From positions 1-24,597 of IMG/VR virus record IMGVR_UViG_3300002092_000187: 24,597 bases of DNA. One strand, written 5' to 3'. The position numbers and the translations under genes were made by a program. Positions 1 to 8,496 of the stretch are shown here, one piece after another; position 1 is the first letter of the stretch; each line of letters begins with the position of its first letter. Source of the DNA: a virus (Duplodnaviria; Caudoviricetes). A model generated the notes under the pieces. It saw only the letters and a list, made by a program, of their open reading frames with translations, had not been told where the DNA came from and ran no database searches.

Positions 1-2
1 AC

Positions 3-218
3 GGCGAATATCACCGAGAAGATGGCCCGGCAATTGAACATGTAAATGGCGCTAACGTATGGTACCTGAACGGCAAATGGCACCGAGAAGATGGCCCGGC
101 AGTTGAATATGCAGATGGCACTAAAGAATGGTGTCTGAACGGCGACGCAGTAACTGGTTCAGAACTTGATATCATGAAGATGCGAATCTGGATGGAAAAC
201 GGAAAAAACTATTTTTGA
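3..218 (+). CDS. 5'-truncated 23-aa-repeat protein (copy A of the W-Y-L-N-G-K-x-H-R-E-D-G-P-A family; MORN/YwqK-like beta-hairpin repeat)
   Basis: Absent from the ORF track. Read by hand in frame 3: GEYHREDGPAIEHVNGANVWYLNGKWHREDGPAVEYADGTKEWCLNGDAVTGSELDIMKMRIWMENGKNYF, stop TGA 216-218. Paralogous to 1483..1773. Confidence 0.85.
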   Translation, partial: GEYHREDGPAIEHVNGANVWYLNGKWHREDGPAVEYADGTKEWCLNGDAVTGSELDIMKMRIWMENGKNYF

Positions 219-236
219 AAAAAGTGAAAAAACAGG

Positions 237-265
237 TTGACATCGGAAATACGATTTGCTATATT
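237..265 (+). promoter_or_regulatory. sigma70-type early promoter
   Basis: TTGACA (237-242), 17-nt spacer with TG at the extended -10 position, TATATT (260-265); A-rich upstream tract. Confidence 0.8.
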
Positions 266-313
266 AAGAACATAGAGAGAGACAGTCTCTCTCATTTGAA
301 AGGAAATTAAAAA

Positions 314-1414
314 ATGTCTCAAGTGTCTGATCATCTGACGATCACTTCTACTCAAGCTCGCAAGGCTATTCTTACTGCATTCAAGTCTAAGCGGCCCATC
401 TTTCTCTGGGGCCCTCCGGGCATCGGCAAGTCTGAGGTCGTGCAAGAGATCGCTAATGATCTCGGTGGTCACATGATTGACCTGCGTATGGCGCAGATGG
501 AACCTACTGATATTCGTGGTATCCCCTACTTCAATAAGGATATCAACAAGATGGATTGGGCCGAGCCCGTTGATCTTCCTACAGAAGAACTCGCTGCTCA
601 GTATCCTATCATCGTTCTTTTCCTTGATGAAATGAACTCGGCGCCTCCCTCGGTTATGGCTGCTGGTTATCAGTTGATCCTCAATCGTCGGATCGGCAAT
701 TACAAGCTGCCCGACAATGTGGTCATCGTTGCTGCTGGTAACCGTGACAGCGACAAGGGTGTTACGTATCGTATGCCCATGCCCCTCGCTAATCGTTTCG
801 TTCACCTTGAAATGCGGTATGACTTCAATGCGTGGCAGCAATGGGCTGTCAACAAGGGCATTCACAAGGATGTCGTCGGTTATCTGTCTTTCTCTAAGCA
901 AGATGGTTATGACTTTGATGCGAAGTCTTCGTCTCGTGCATTCGCTACGCCTCGTTCGTGGTGTTTCGTGAGCGATCTGCTCGCTGATGAGGATGTTGAT
1001 AACGATACGCTGTTCAATCTCGTTGCCGGTGCTATCGGTGAAGGTCTGGCTACGAAGTTCATGGCGCATCGCAAGGTCGCTGGTCGTATGCCCAACCCTG
1101 CTGATATTCTTTCTGGTAAGGTGAAGGACCTTCAGGTCAAGGAAATCTCTGCGATGTATTCGCTGACGATTTCTATGTGCTATGAACTGAAGGACGCTCT
1201 TGACAACAAGCGTGTTGACGCGAAGAAGTTCCACGAAATGGCTGACAACTTCTTTGACTACATCATGAAGAACTTTGAGACTGAGCTGGTCGTGATGGGT
1301 GCTAAGATCGCTCTTAAGACTTATCGTCTGCCTATTGAGCCCTCTCAGTTGAAGAACTTTGATGATTTCCACAAGAAGTATGGTAAATACATTGTGGAAG
1401 CTGGCAGCAACTAA
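314..1414 (+). CDS. MoxR-like AAA+ ATPase
   Basis: Walker A GPPGIGKS, Walker B LFLDEMN, AAGN sensor, LANRF arginine finger, TPRSW; SD AAGGA upstream; VWA gene nearby. Confidence 0.9.
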   Translation: MSQVSDHLTITSTQARKAILTAFKSKRPIFLWGPPGIGKSEVVQEIANDLGGHMIDLRMAQMEPTDIRGIPYFNKDINKMDWAEPVDLPTEELAAQYPIIVLFLDEMNSAPPSVMAAGYQLILNRRIGNYKLPDNVVIVAAGNRDSDKGVTYRMPMPLANRFVHLEMRYDFNAWQQWAVNKGIHKDVVGYLSFSKQDGYDFDAKSSSRAFATPRSWCFVSDLLADEDVDNDTLFNLVAGAIGEGLATKFMAHRKVAGRMPNPADILSGKVKDLQVKEISAMYSLTISMCYELKDALDNKRVDAKKFHEMADNFFDYIMKNFETELVVMGAKIALKTYRLPIEPSQLKNFDDFHKKYGKYIVEAGSN

Positions 1415-1433
1415 TACAGTTGCTGCATACTGC

Positions 1434-1470
1434 GGGGAGGGGTTTAGAGACATTCCCCTCCCCCTTTTTT
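1434..1470 (+). terminator. intrinsic terminator
   Basis: GGGGAGGGG / CCCCTCCCC stem followed by T6, just after the ATPase stop. Confidence 0.8.
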
Positions 1471-1482
1471 ATCGGAGTAAAA

Positions 1483-1773
1483 ATGTCTGACCAACCTACT
1501 TTACATATGGCTAGAGATGGCACCAAATACTGGTATCTGAACGGCAAAACTCACCGAGAAGATGGCCCGGCAATTGAACGTGCAGATGGCACCAAATACT
1601 GGTATCTGAACGGCAAAACTCACCGAGAAGATGGCCCGGCAGTTGAACGTGCAGATGGCACCAAACTTTGGTATCTGAATGACAAAAGAGTAACTGGTTC
1701 AGAACTTGATGTCATGAAGATGCGAATCTGGATGGAAACCGGAAAGAATTATTTTATGGATAAGGTAGATTAA
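1483..1773 (+). CDS. 23-aa-repeat protein (copy B, complete, 96 aa)
   Basis: SD GGAG 1474-1477, ATG 1483; repeats DGTKYWYLNGKTHREDGPA(I/V)ERA; C-terminal tail shared with copy A. Confidence 0.85.
   Translation: MSDQPTLHMARDGTKYWYLNGKTHREDGPAIERADGTKYWYLNGKTHREDGPAVERADGTKLWYLNDKRVTGSELDVMKMRIWMETGKNYFMDKVD
1516..1680 (+). repeat. 69-bp tandem coding repeat (about 2.4 units)
   Basis: GATGGCACCAAA starts at 1516, 1585 and 1654; units 1 and 2 differ at one base (ATT/GTT). Confidence 0.95.
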
Positions 1774-1776
1774 GGC

Positions 1777-1805
1777 TTGACTTCCGTCTCGGAACCAACT
1801 ATATT
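1777..1805 (+). promoter_or_regulatory. sigma70-type early promoter
   Basis: TTGACT (1777-1782), 17 nt, TATATT (1800-1805); same -10 as the promoter at 237. Confidence 0.7.
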
Positions 1806-1836
1806 GAATATTATGACAACGAAAGGGACTATCTCA

Positions 1837-3129
1837 ATGAGCGATGTTATTTCCCCCACTAAGCGTAAGCGTTCTCGCAGCAAGAAGTTTGAAAATCTAG
1901 TAGGTCCGATGGATCCGAAGATTGACAACGATGCTCGGGAGCGTCTGATAACTGCTCGTATCGGCCTTCTGTTGAAGCATTCTTTCTTCGGAAATCTCGC
2001 TACCCGACTGACGCTCACTAATGCTGATGAATGGTGTTCTACGGCTGCTACTGACGGTCAAAAGTTCTATTACAACTCCCGCTTCATCATGATGCTTCGC
2101 ACTAAGGAAGTTGAATTCCTCGTCGGTCATGAAGTCCTGCATGTTGTTTATGATCACATGGGTCGTCGTGGTACTCGTGACCCTGAAATCTGGAACATCG
2201 CTGATGACTATGCAGTGAATGCAGACCTCAAGCGTCACAAAGTCGGTGAGTTCATCACTACTGTCCCTGCATTGTATGAAGCAAAATATGATGGTATGGC
2301 GGCTGAGGCTATCTATGATGACCTCATGAAAAATGTGCAATACATCAACATTGAAGACCTTTTGGACAAGATGTTTGATGATCACGTGGATGGTGAAGGT
2401 GAAGGTGAAGATAACGACGGCGAAGGCGGTGATAAGAAGGGCAAGGGCCGCCCGCAAATGTCTCCTGAAGAACGCGAGCGTGTCCGTCAAGAAGTGAGGC
2501 AAGCGATCATCAATGCAGCACAGTCTGCTGATGCTGGTTCAATCCCTAAGGGCGTTGAGCGTATGCTTAAGGAACTCACTGCTCCTGTCATGCCCTGGCG
2601 CGAACTCCTTCAGTCTAATCTGACTTCTGCTATCAAGTCTGATTATAGCTGGATGCGTCCTTCTCGTCGCGGTTGGCACATGGATGCAGTGATGCCCGGT
2701 ATGAATCCTGGCGAAGAGATTGATGTCACTGTGTTCATTGATATGTCAGGTTCTATCTCAGCGAAGCAAGGTCAGGCGTTTCTGTCTGAGGTTGCTGGCA
2801 TGATGGAAGCATTTGACGGCTTCAAGATCCGTGTCGCTTGCTTTGATACCGAAGTCTATAACATGCAAGAGTTTACTTCTGAGAACCTTGATACTGTAGA
2901 TGAGTATAAGATCATGGGCGGCGGTGGCACCGACTTTGATTGCATCTTCAAGTATCTCAAGGAAGAAGGCAGTGTCCCTAATCGGCTGATCGTCTTCACG
3001 GACGGGTATCCGGTTGGTTCTTGGGGCGATGCTGACTACTGCGACACGACTTGGATCATTTATGGTGACCCTGATCCTAATCCCCCGTTCGGTTCGTGGG
3101 CGATCTATGATGACCACAAGAAGAAGTAA
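1837..3129 (+). CDS. metallopeptidase-like (HEXXH) plus VWA domain protein, DUF2201-like; MoxR partner
   Basis: HEVLH motif; MIDAS DMSGS, GGGTDF, FTDG. Start moved to ATG 1837 (SD AAAGGGA) because the upstream part of the track ORF overlaps a promoter. Confidence 0.88.
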   Translation: MSDVISPTKRKRSRSKKFENLVGPMDPKIDNDARERLITARIGLLLKHSFFGNLATRLTLTNADEWCSTAATDGQKFYYNSRFIMMLRTKEVEFLVGHEVLHVVYDHMGRRGTRDPEIWNIADDYAVNADLKRHKVGEFITTVPALYEAKYDGMAAEAIYDDLMKNVQYINIEDLLDKMFDDHVDGEGEGEDNDGEGGDKKGKGRPQMSPEERERVRQEVRQAIINAAQSADAGSIPKGVERMLKELTAPVMPWRELLQSNLTSAIKSDYSWMRPSRRGWHMDAVMPGMNPGEEIDVTVFIDMSGSISAKQGQAFLSEVAGMMEAFDGFKIRVACFDTEVYNMQEFTSENLDTVDEYKIMGGGGTDFDCIFKYLKEEGSVPNRLIVFTDGYPVGSWGDADYCDTTWIIYGDPDPNPPFGSWAIYDDHKKK

Positions 3130-3372
3130 GTGAAGACAATTGACGATATTAATCTAGAGACTTGGTTTACCGAGAGGGAACTCTCGGTAAACCCAAAGCA
3201 TTTTGTCAAGACTTCAACACCTATAACACCGGAATCAAAGGCATGGATCCTAGAGAAGTTACACGGTCGCTTCTCTAAGTGCGGCCCAACTAATTTTATA
3301 GATGCTCCTGGCATATGTCCTACTTTTGAAGACCCAAAAGAAGCCGTATTTTACGAATTAACCTTCGGATAA
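3130..3372 (+). CDS. hypothetical phage protein
   Basis: GTG directly after the VWA stop; 80-aa ORF ending FEDPKEAVFYELTFG. Confidence 0.7.
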   Translation: MKTIDDINLETWFTERELSVNPKHFVKTSTPITPESKAWILEKLHGRFSKCGPTNFIDAPGICPTFEDPKEAVFYELTFG

Positions 3373-3395
3373 AAAATACTTTATCACATTTCTAT

Positions 3396-3403
3396 ATTAA
3401 ATA
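3396..3403 (+). promoter_or_regulatory. T4-like late promoter core (ATTAAATA)
   Basis: Intergenic TAAATA core, like the other copies upstream of genes in this window. Confidence 0.5.
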
Positions 3404-3427
3404 CATATGTCATTTAAGGAGATTACA

Positions 3428-4153
3428 ATGTCATTTTTACGCCATATCGGTAAACACGGTGATCGCAAAGTAGCGATTGTGTTTCGTGAAGTACCAGGTG
3501 AACCCCACATGTGTTTGGTAGTTTATACCGAACTACTTAATCAGAATATGCATGATCCGATCATCAAGTGCATTGAGTCTGACATCGGTCAGAACAGCGA
3601 GCATCTTGCAGACGCATTCAATCGCACTCACACACGGGATGGTCATATCATCCTACAGAAGCTACACGCTGAAGGCATGTTGAAGAAGGTCCAGACTGAA
3701 CTTATCGTCATGACTCCGGCACCTAATACTAAGATCAAGTTGAGCGAACTCAACAAGATTCTTGATGAGATGAAGCTAGGCGAAGACGCTACCCGTAGGT
3801 TGGCTGAGATGGACAATCAACGCGGTATGCAAGATCCGGCACAAGTCGCCCGTATGATGCGTGGTAATCGTGATGCAATGGTTGATGCTCCGATCGCACC
3901 TATCGCAGCATCCGGTAGCGATGCATTAGGTGATGCCCAATTAGCCAACACATTCAGGTCACAAGCCGAGCGTATGCAGCGTGAGGCTAATGGTCTCCTT
4001 GCAGAAGCAAATAGGTTGTTGAATGAAGCAGCATCGCTTGAGCCTGCTCCCGCAGAGAAAACCGTCGCGAAGAAGGCCCCCGTAGCAAAGAGTGCAGCGA
4101 CAGTTGCTGCTAAAGCAAAAGGCAAACCCAAGAATACTCCCGTCGTAGCTTAA
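3428..4153 (+). CDS. hypothetical phage protein with coiled coil and Ala/Lys-rich tail
   Basis: SD AAGGAG 3416-3421 favours ATG 3428 over 3407; long ORF with phage-like codon use. Confidence 0.8.
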   Translation: MSFLRHIGKHGDRKVAIVFREVPGEPHMCLVVYTELLNQNMHDPIIKCIESDIGQNSEHLADAFNRTHTRDGHIILQKLHAEGMLKKVQTELIVMTPAPNTKIKLSELNKILDEMKLGEDATRRLAEMDNQRGMQDPAQVARMMRGNRDAMVDAPIAPIAASGSDALGDAQLANTFRSQAERMQREANGLLAEANRLLNEAASLEPAPAEKTVAKKAPVAKSAATVAAKAKGKPKNTPVVA

Positions 4154-4166
4154 GGTTATCATGTAG

Positions 4167-4463
4167 ATGTCACCTGAATTCATTCAGAAGTGGGAAAAAT
4201 TACTTGATGGCGTTGAAAAACAAACTATTCCGGTAGAATTTCTAAAGAAGTTAATTGTAAAACTTCATGGTAAACGACAACGCACGATTAACATTGAACG
4301 GTTGTTGAAACAAGGGTTAGAATCGGATCAAATAGAAGAATTCCTGAGTAGAAAACTCACGGAATTAGATGATGAGATGGTGGGCATTGAGTTTATTCTT
4401 AATGTTAAGAGCATCGCGGATACAGTTCAACCTGAAACAGATAAACTATTGAATAAACTATGA
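4167..4463 (+). CDS. hypothetical phage protein
   Basis: 98-aa ORF whose stop overlaps the thyA start (ATGA). Confidence 0.75.
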   Translation: MSPEFIQKWEKLLDGVEKQTIPVEFLKKLIVKLHGKRQRTINIERLLKQGLESDQIEEFLSRKLTELDDEMVGIEFILNVKSIADTVQPETDKLLNKL

Positions 4464-5365
4464 AACAATACCATGAACTCCTAATTGATATATTAGAAAA
4501 TGGAGGATTGCGTCAGGATAGGACCAACACCGGCACATATAGTGTATTCGGTCGCCAACTAAGATTTGACTTGACCCAGGGCTTTCCAGCAGTCACGACC
4601 AAGAAACTCGCCTGGAATGCTTGCAAGAGTGAACTGCTTTGGTTTTTAGAGGGAAGTGACGATGAACGAAGACTTGCAGAAATCTTACACGGCACAAGAG
4701 ATCCAAAGAACACTACAATATGGACAGGAAATGCTACCGCAGCTTATTGGGAACCCAAAGCAAAGTTCGCCGGCGATCTCGGAAGAGTTTACGGAGTACA
4801 ATGGAGACGATGGAACGAGCATGTTGAACGGAAGCAGTTCGGACCAGCTCGCCTTGGAGAAGGTCGTAGGCTAGCAGTTGATCAGACCGAAGTTGATCAG
4901 ATTGCAATTCTAATTGAAGGTATCAAAAATGATCCAAACGGTCGTAGGCATATCCTTACTGCATGGAATGTAGCAGAACTTGGTCAGATGGCTTTGCCTC
5001 CGTGTCATGTTATGAGTCAGTTTTATGTAAGCAATAATGGCCGTTTAAGCTGCCACATGTATCAAAGAAGTTGTGATACTTATTTAGGAATTCCCTTTAA
5101 TATCGCAAGTTATGCTCTACTTACCCACATGATTGCTCAAGTATGTAACTTGACAGTCGGTGAACTTATTATCAGCACAGGCGATACTCATATATATTCT
5201 AACCATTTGCCTCAGGTAAAGGAACTGCTTTCCCGAACTCCGTTTCCATCACCCACCTTGTGGTTAAATCCTGAAATAAAAGACATTGATAAATTCACTA
5301 TGGATGACATAAAACTTATAGGATATAAAAGTCATCCAGCATTACCCGCTATTATGGCAGTTTAA
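4460..5365 (+). CDS. thyA: thymidylate synthase
   Basis: DRTNTGT, ELLWFL, GRVYGVQWR, GRRHI, LPPCH catalytic Cys, YQRSCD, GIPFNIASY, HIYSNH, C-terminal MAV. Confidence 0.97.
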   Translation: MKQYHELLIDILENGGLRQDRTNTGTYSVFGRQLRFDLTQGFPAVTTKKLAWNACKSELLWFLEGSDDERRLAEILHGTRDPKNTTIWTGNATAAYWEPKAKFAGDLGRVYGVQWRRWNEHVERKQFGPARLGEGRRLAVDQTEVDQIAILIEGIKNDPNGRRHILTAWNVAELGQMALPPCHVMSQFYVSNNGRLSCHMYQRSCDTYLGIPFNIASYALLTHMIAQVCNLTVGELIISTGDTHIYSNHLPQVKELLSRTPFPSPTLWLNPEIKDIDKFTMDDIKLIGYKSHPALPAIMAV

Positions 5366-5385
5366 TGTTAAAAGGTAGTTCTAGG

Positions 5386-5393
5386 GATAAATA
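5386..5393 (+). promoter_or_regulatory. late promoter core (GATAAATA) for the GIY-YIG gene
   Basis: Matches T4 TATAAATA at 7/8; lies 8 nt upstream of SD GGAG. Confidence 0.6.
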
Positions 5394-5411
5394 TAATATA
5401 GGAGAACTTCA

Positions 5412-6221
5412 ATGAAGGGCATATATTATATTGAAAACATAATAAATGGTAAACGATATTACGGTAGTTCAATGAATGTTGAATGGAGGTTAGAACAGCA
5501 CCGAAGAGGATTACGCAAGGATAAACATATCAATGTTTATTTGCAAAGATCATATAATTTACATGGTATAGACAACTTTTCTTTTGCTCTAGTGGAAGAT
5601 ATGGGTAATCCTAGTAGAAAAGAACTGCATTCTCGGGAACAATGGTATATTGATAACAATAAAAATGGCTACAATATAGCACCTGCAAATGGAGGGGATA
5701 CTTTATCAAATCATCCTGACAGAGAAACTATAATTGAACAACGAACCGAAAACTACCGACTGTGGCTAAAATCCTTAAGCGCAGATGAGCGCAAAGAAAG
5801 ATTTAGTAAACCAGGAGAGAGTAATCCAAATTGGCGTAACGGCGGTAGAAAGTTACTATGCTCTGTATGTCTTGTCAATATGATAGAACCTAAGGCTAAT
5901 ACATGTGGTGAGTGCAGAGATAGATCGGGAAAAAATAATCCGTTTTATAACAAAAAACATACAGAAGAAACACTTAAAATTCTAAGAAGCAAAACGCCCT
6001 GGACTAAAGGGGCCACCCCGGAAGATCAATCATATACAAAACAGTATGAAATAATATATCCAGACAACACGAGTAAACAAGTATATGGGCTAAAAGTAAT
6101 CGCTGAGGAATTTAAGGTTAGTATAGCGAATGTTCACGCCACTATCAGTAGAATGAGCAAAGGCAAAATTCCTACCAAAAGTGTGTTTAAGGGCTGTTTA
6201 ATTAAGATCGTAGATAAATGA
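5412..6221 (+). CDS. free-standing GIY-YIG homing endonuclease (Seg-like) with Zn finger and NUMOD3-like motif
   Basis: N-terminal GIY...YYGSS...R...H, conserved E and YN; CSVC..CGEC; NNPFYNKKHTEET; AT-richer than flanks. Confidence 0.88.
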   Translation: MKGIYYIENIINGKRYYGSSMNVEWRLEQHRRGLRKDKHINVYLQRSYNLHGIDNFSFALVEDMGNPSRKELHSREQWYIDNNKNGYNIAPANGGDTLSNHPDRETIIEQRTENYRLWLKSLSADERKERFSKPGESNPNWRNGGRKLLCSVCLVNMIEPKANTCGECRDRSGKNNPFYNKKHTEETLKILRSKTPWTKGATPEDQSYTKQYEIIYPDNTSKQVYGLKVIAEEFKVSIANVHATISRMSKGKIPTKSVFKGCLIKIVDK

Positions 6222-6295
6222 TAGAAATAATATACAATATTCAGTTGACAGACTATGAAAGTCATGCTAGTATCAAAGCCGAAATGGCAGTATGA
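6218..6295 (+). pseudogene. stranded duplicate of the thyA 3' end (25-codon mini-ORF)
   Basis: Translates MIEIIYNIQLTDYESHASIKAEMAV*; the last 18 aa align with the thyA end IKLIGYKSHPALPAIMAV (9/18 identical). Confidence 0.8.
6245..6273 (+). promoter_or_regulatory. possible sigma70-type promoter upstream of the sugar cluster
   Basis: TTGACA, 17 nt ending TGC, TAGTAT; lies within the thyA remnant, so it may be coincidental. Confidence 0.45.
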
Positions 6296-6351
6296 ATAAG
6301 GCAACCTTTGATGACAACGCACACATTTTTTGGAAGTTGAAATTTGAATGA
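6292..6351 (+). other. 19-codon mini-ORF or gene remnant
   Basis: MNKATFDDNAHIFWKLKFE*, with ATGA overlaps at both ends (6292 and 6348). Confidence 0.45.
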
Positions 6352-7286
6352 GAATCCTCGTTACCGGCGGTATGGGCTTCATCGGTCACAATGTAGTGTC
6401 TCAGCTGGAAGATTTGGGACATGATGTTGAAATTATTGATAGCTTAACTGATTACGGAATAATTCCGAAAGATGAGTTGAGTAGGTTGATTGATGAACGC
6501 AGTTCGCAACTTTCTGCGACATGCCATCTGCATGACATTTCTAGCAAAGGTCACGGGATAGATACTTTATTCCGCACCTTTAAACCAGAGACCGTGATTC
6601 ATCTCGCGAGCATACCTAATCAGAAGATAGCAGGTTTTGCTCCTGTCATATCCGCGAGAACGATGACAGAAGGTCTGTTAAACATATGTGAGCAATCTCG
6701 CCAGTACAATGTAAAGAGATTTGTCTATATCAGTAGCAGCATGGTGTATGGTGATTTTGCTGACGGCGTGAGAGAGGATGCTACCTGTTCTCCCGCAGGA
6801 TTATACGGTATCCTGAAACTTGCAGGCGAACGACTCGTAGAAGATTACAGTCGTCGCGGTAGCTTTGAGCATGTCATCATCCGCCCTAGTGCCGTATATG
6901 GTCCCCGTGATATTAAAGACAGAGTGATATCAAAGTTTTTATGGGCAGCTATGCTTGACGAAGTTCTACCGGTCAATGGTTCAGATGAATCTTTAGACTT
7001 TAGTTATGTTGACGATGTAGCCTCAGGCATCGTAGGAGCGTCACTGAGCGATGCTACTGCCGGAAAGACATACAACATCACTCGTAGCCGAAGCCGTAGC
7101 TTGCTAGATGCTGCTGAATTAGCGGTGAGAATAGCAGGTAAGGGTAGAATTGAGGTCAAGGATCGCGATAAAAATTTCCCTCAGAGAGGCTTATTAAATA
7201 TAGATGCTGCTCGTATAGATTTTGGCTTTGAACCAAAAATTGACCTAGAAGAAGGCCTCCAACTCTATTATGAATACCTTATGTAA
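6348..7286 (+). CDS. NAD-dependent nucleotide-sugar epimerase/dehydratase (extended SDR)
   Basis: GGMGFIG Rossmann motif, HLAS, SSSMVYG, YGILK catalytic YxxxK, VYGP. Confidence 0.93.
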   Translation: MRILVTGGMGFIGHNVVSQLEDLGHDVEIIDSLTDYGIIPKDELSRLIDERSSQLSATCHLHDISSKGHGIDTLFRTFKPETVIHLASIPNQKIAGFAPVISARTMTEGLLNICEQSRQYNVKRFVYISSSMVYGDFADGVREDATCSPAGLYGILKLAGERLVEDYSRRGSFEHVIIRPSAVYGPRDIKDRVISKFLWAAMLDEVLPVNGSDESLDFSYVDDVASGIVGASLSDATAGKTYNITRSRSRSLLDAAELAVRIAGKGRIEVKDRDKNFPQRGLLNIDAARIDFGFEPKIDLEEGLQLYYEYLM

Positions 7287-8496
7287 ATTACAATGGACCG
7301 GACTCACTGTTGATACAAACGGTGACATAAAACCGTGCTGCATATCCAATGCATACATTAAAAAAGATGACGGAACTAATTTCAATCTAGGAAAAGACAC
7401 GGTTGAAGAGATTTATAACAGCAAGAGCATAGTTGATATGCGACAGCAGATGCTTGACGGTGTTGTAGTAGCAGGATGCGAAGAATGCTATGAGATGGAA
7501 AAGTTTAGCAGAAGAAGCAACAGACTCATCTACAATCAGATATACAAGGATGTAAAGGCTGAGGATACAAGCACAGATCCGGCTGTCAAGTTTATTGATT
7601 TGAGATTTGGTAATCTATGTAATCTGAGTTGTCGCAGTTGTAATCCTAAGGCTAGTAGTCAGTTTCAACGAGAAATTGAAGTTATGCCATCTGCTATAAA
7701 AAAATATCAAAACTTCTTCCAAGAAGATATCAATTCTTGGTATCAGACTCCCGTGTTTAAGGATAATCTAGAAAAACAGTTAGATAGCATTGAAATCATC
7801 TCTCTTACTGGGGGTGAACCTACAATAATACAACAAAACATGGATTTGCTTGCCTCTCTAGTGTCTTCCGGTAGGAGTAAGAAAATAGTTCTTACCATAA
7901 ATTCCAACATGACTAATACTAATCCTAAATTTTACAATCTCATAAAAGAATTTAAGTATGTAGTGTTCATGGCAAGCATAGATGGAGTAGGTTCTATGCA
8001 AGAATATCTGAGATATCCTAGCAAATGGTCGGCTATGGACGCTAACATCAAAAAATTGTTAGGGCTAGGAGATAATATCATTATATCACCTACTCCGGTC
8101 ATACAGACTACTAACCTTAACAAGTGCGTAGAGTTGTTTGAATATTTTGAGTCCTATAACAGAGCAGCCAAACGAACATTGATACGCATTCAGCCCATCA
8201 ATCTAACTGGACCTGAACATCTAAATCTGCTATACCTACCCACCGAGTTCAAGATAAAATGCTGGGAAAAGATTCAGCAATGGGTAGATACGCGATGCGA
8301 GTATCAACCTGATAGTTTTCACGAAATTATTGATGGCATAAAAGCAAAATGCAATACGCAAGTTGATGAGACGGAAAGCAAACATCAATTGTGTAGATAT
8401 AAAGAATACAATTCTCTGTTTGATTTGCATAGAAAAGTAAAGCTTTCAGACATTGACCCTGAATTAGACATGGAAATTAGCAAGGTACTCGCGTGA
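7270..8496 (+). CDS. radical SAM protein with N-terminal SPASM/twitch-like domain
   Basis: CNLSCRSC (CxxxCxxC), GGEP, SIDG..YLRYPS.W; N-terminal C..PCC..CEEC. Confidence 0.9.
   Translation: MNTLCKLQWTGLTVDTNGDIKPCCISNAYIKKDDGTNFNLGKDTVEEIYNSKSIVDMRQQMLDGVVVAGCEECYEMEKFSRRSNRLIYNQIYKDVKAEDTSTDPAVKFIDLRFGNLCNLSCRSCNPKASSQFQREIEVMPSAIKKYQNFFQEDINSWYQTPVFKDNLEKQLDSIEIISLTGGEPTIIQQNMDLLASLVSSGRSKKIVLTINSNMTNTNPKFYNLIKEFKYVVFMASIDGVGSMQEYLRYPSKWSAMDANIKKLLGLGDNIIISPTPVIQTTNLNKCVELFEYFESYNRAAKRTLIRIQPINLTGPEHLNLLYLPTEFKIKCWEKIQQWVDTRCEYQPDSFHEIIDGIKAKCNTQVDETESKHQLCRYKEYNSLFDLHRKVKLSDIDPELDMEISKVLA

Noticed and set aside
209-1453. 414-aa minus-strand ORF
   Set aside because: Antisense shadow of the MoxR gene; no motifs, and it runs through the promoter and terminator. 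The other minus-strand and nested short ORFs in the track were rejected for the same reason.
1-1680. Repeats as a CRISPR array
   Set aside because: Units are 69 bp, in frame and coding; the sequence between conserved cores is homologous rather than unique spacer; no cas genes.
3407-3436. Duplicated ATGTCATTT (MSF...MSF) at two possible starts
   Set aside because: Only 9 nt; it could allow two starts but is too short to support a claim.
5309-6238. Group I intron in thyA (T4 td-like)
   Set aside because: thyA is complete before the endonuclease, and the non-coding flanks (under 50 nt) leave no room for a ribozyme core.
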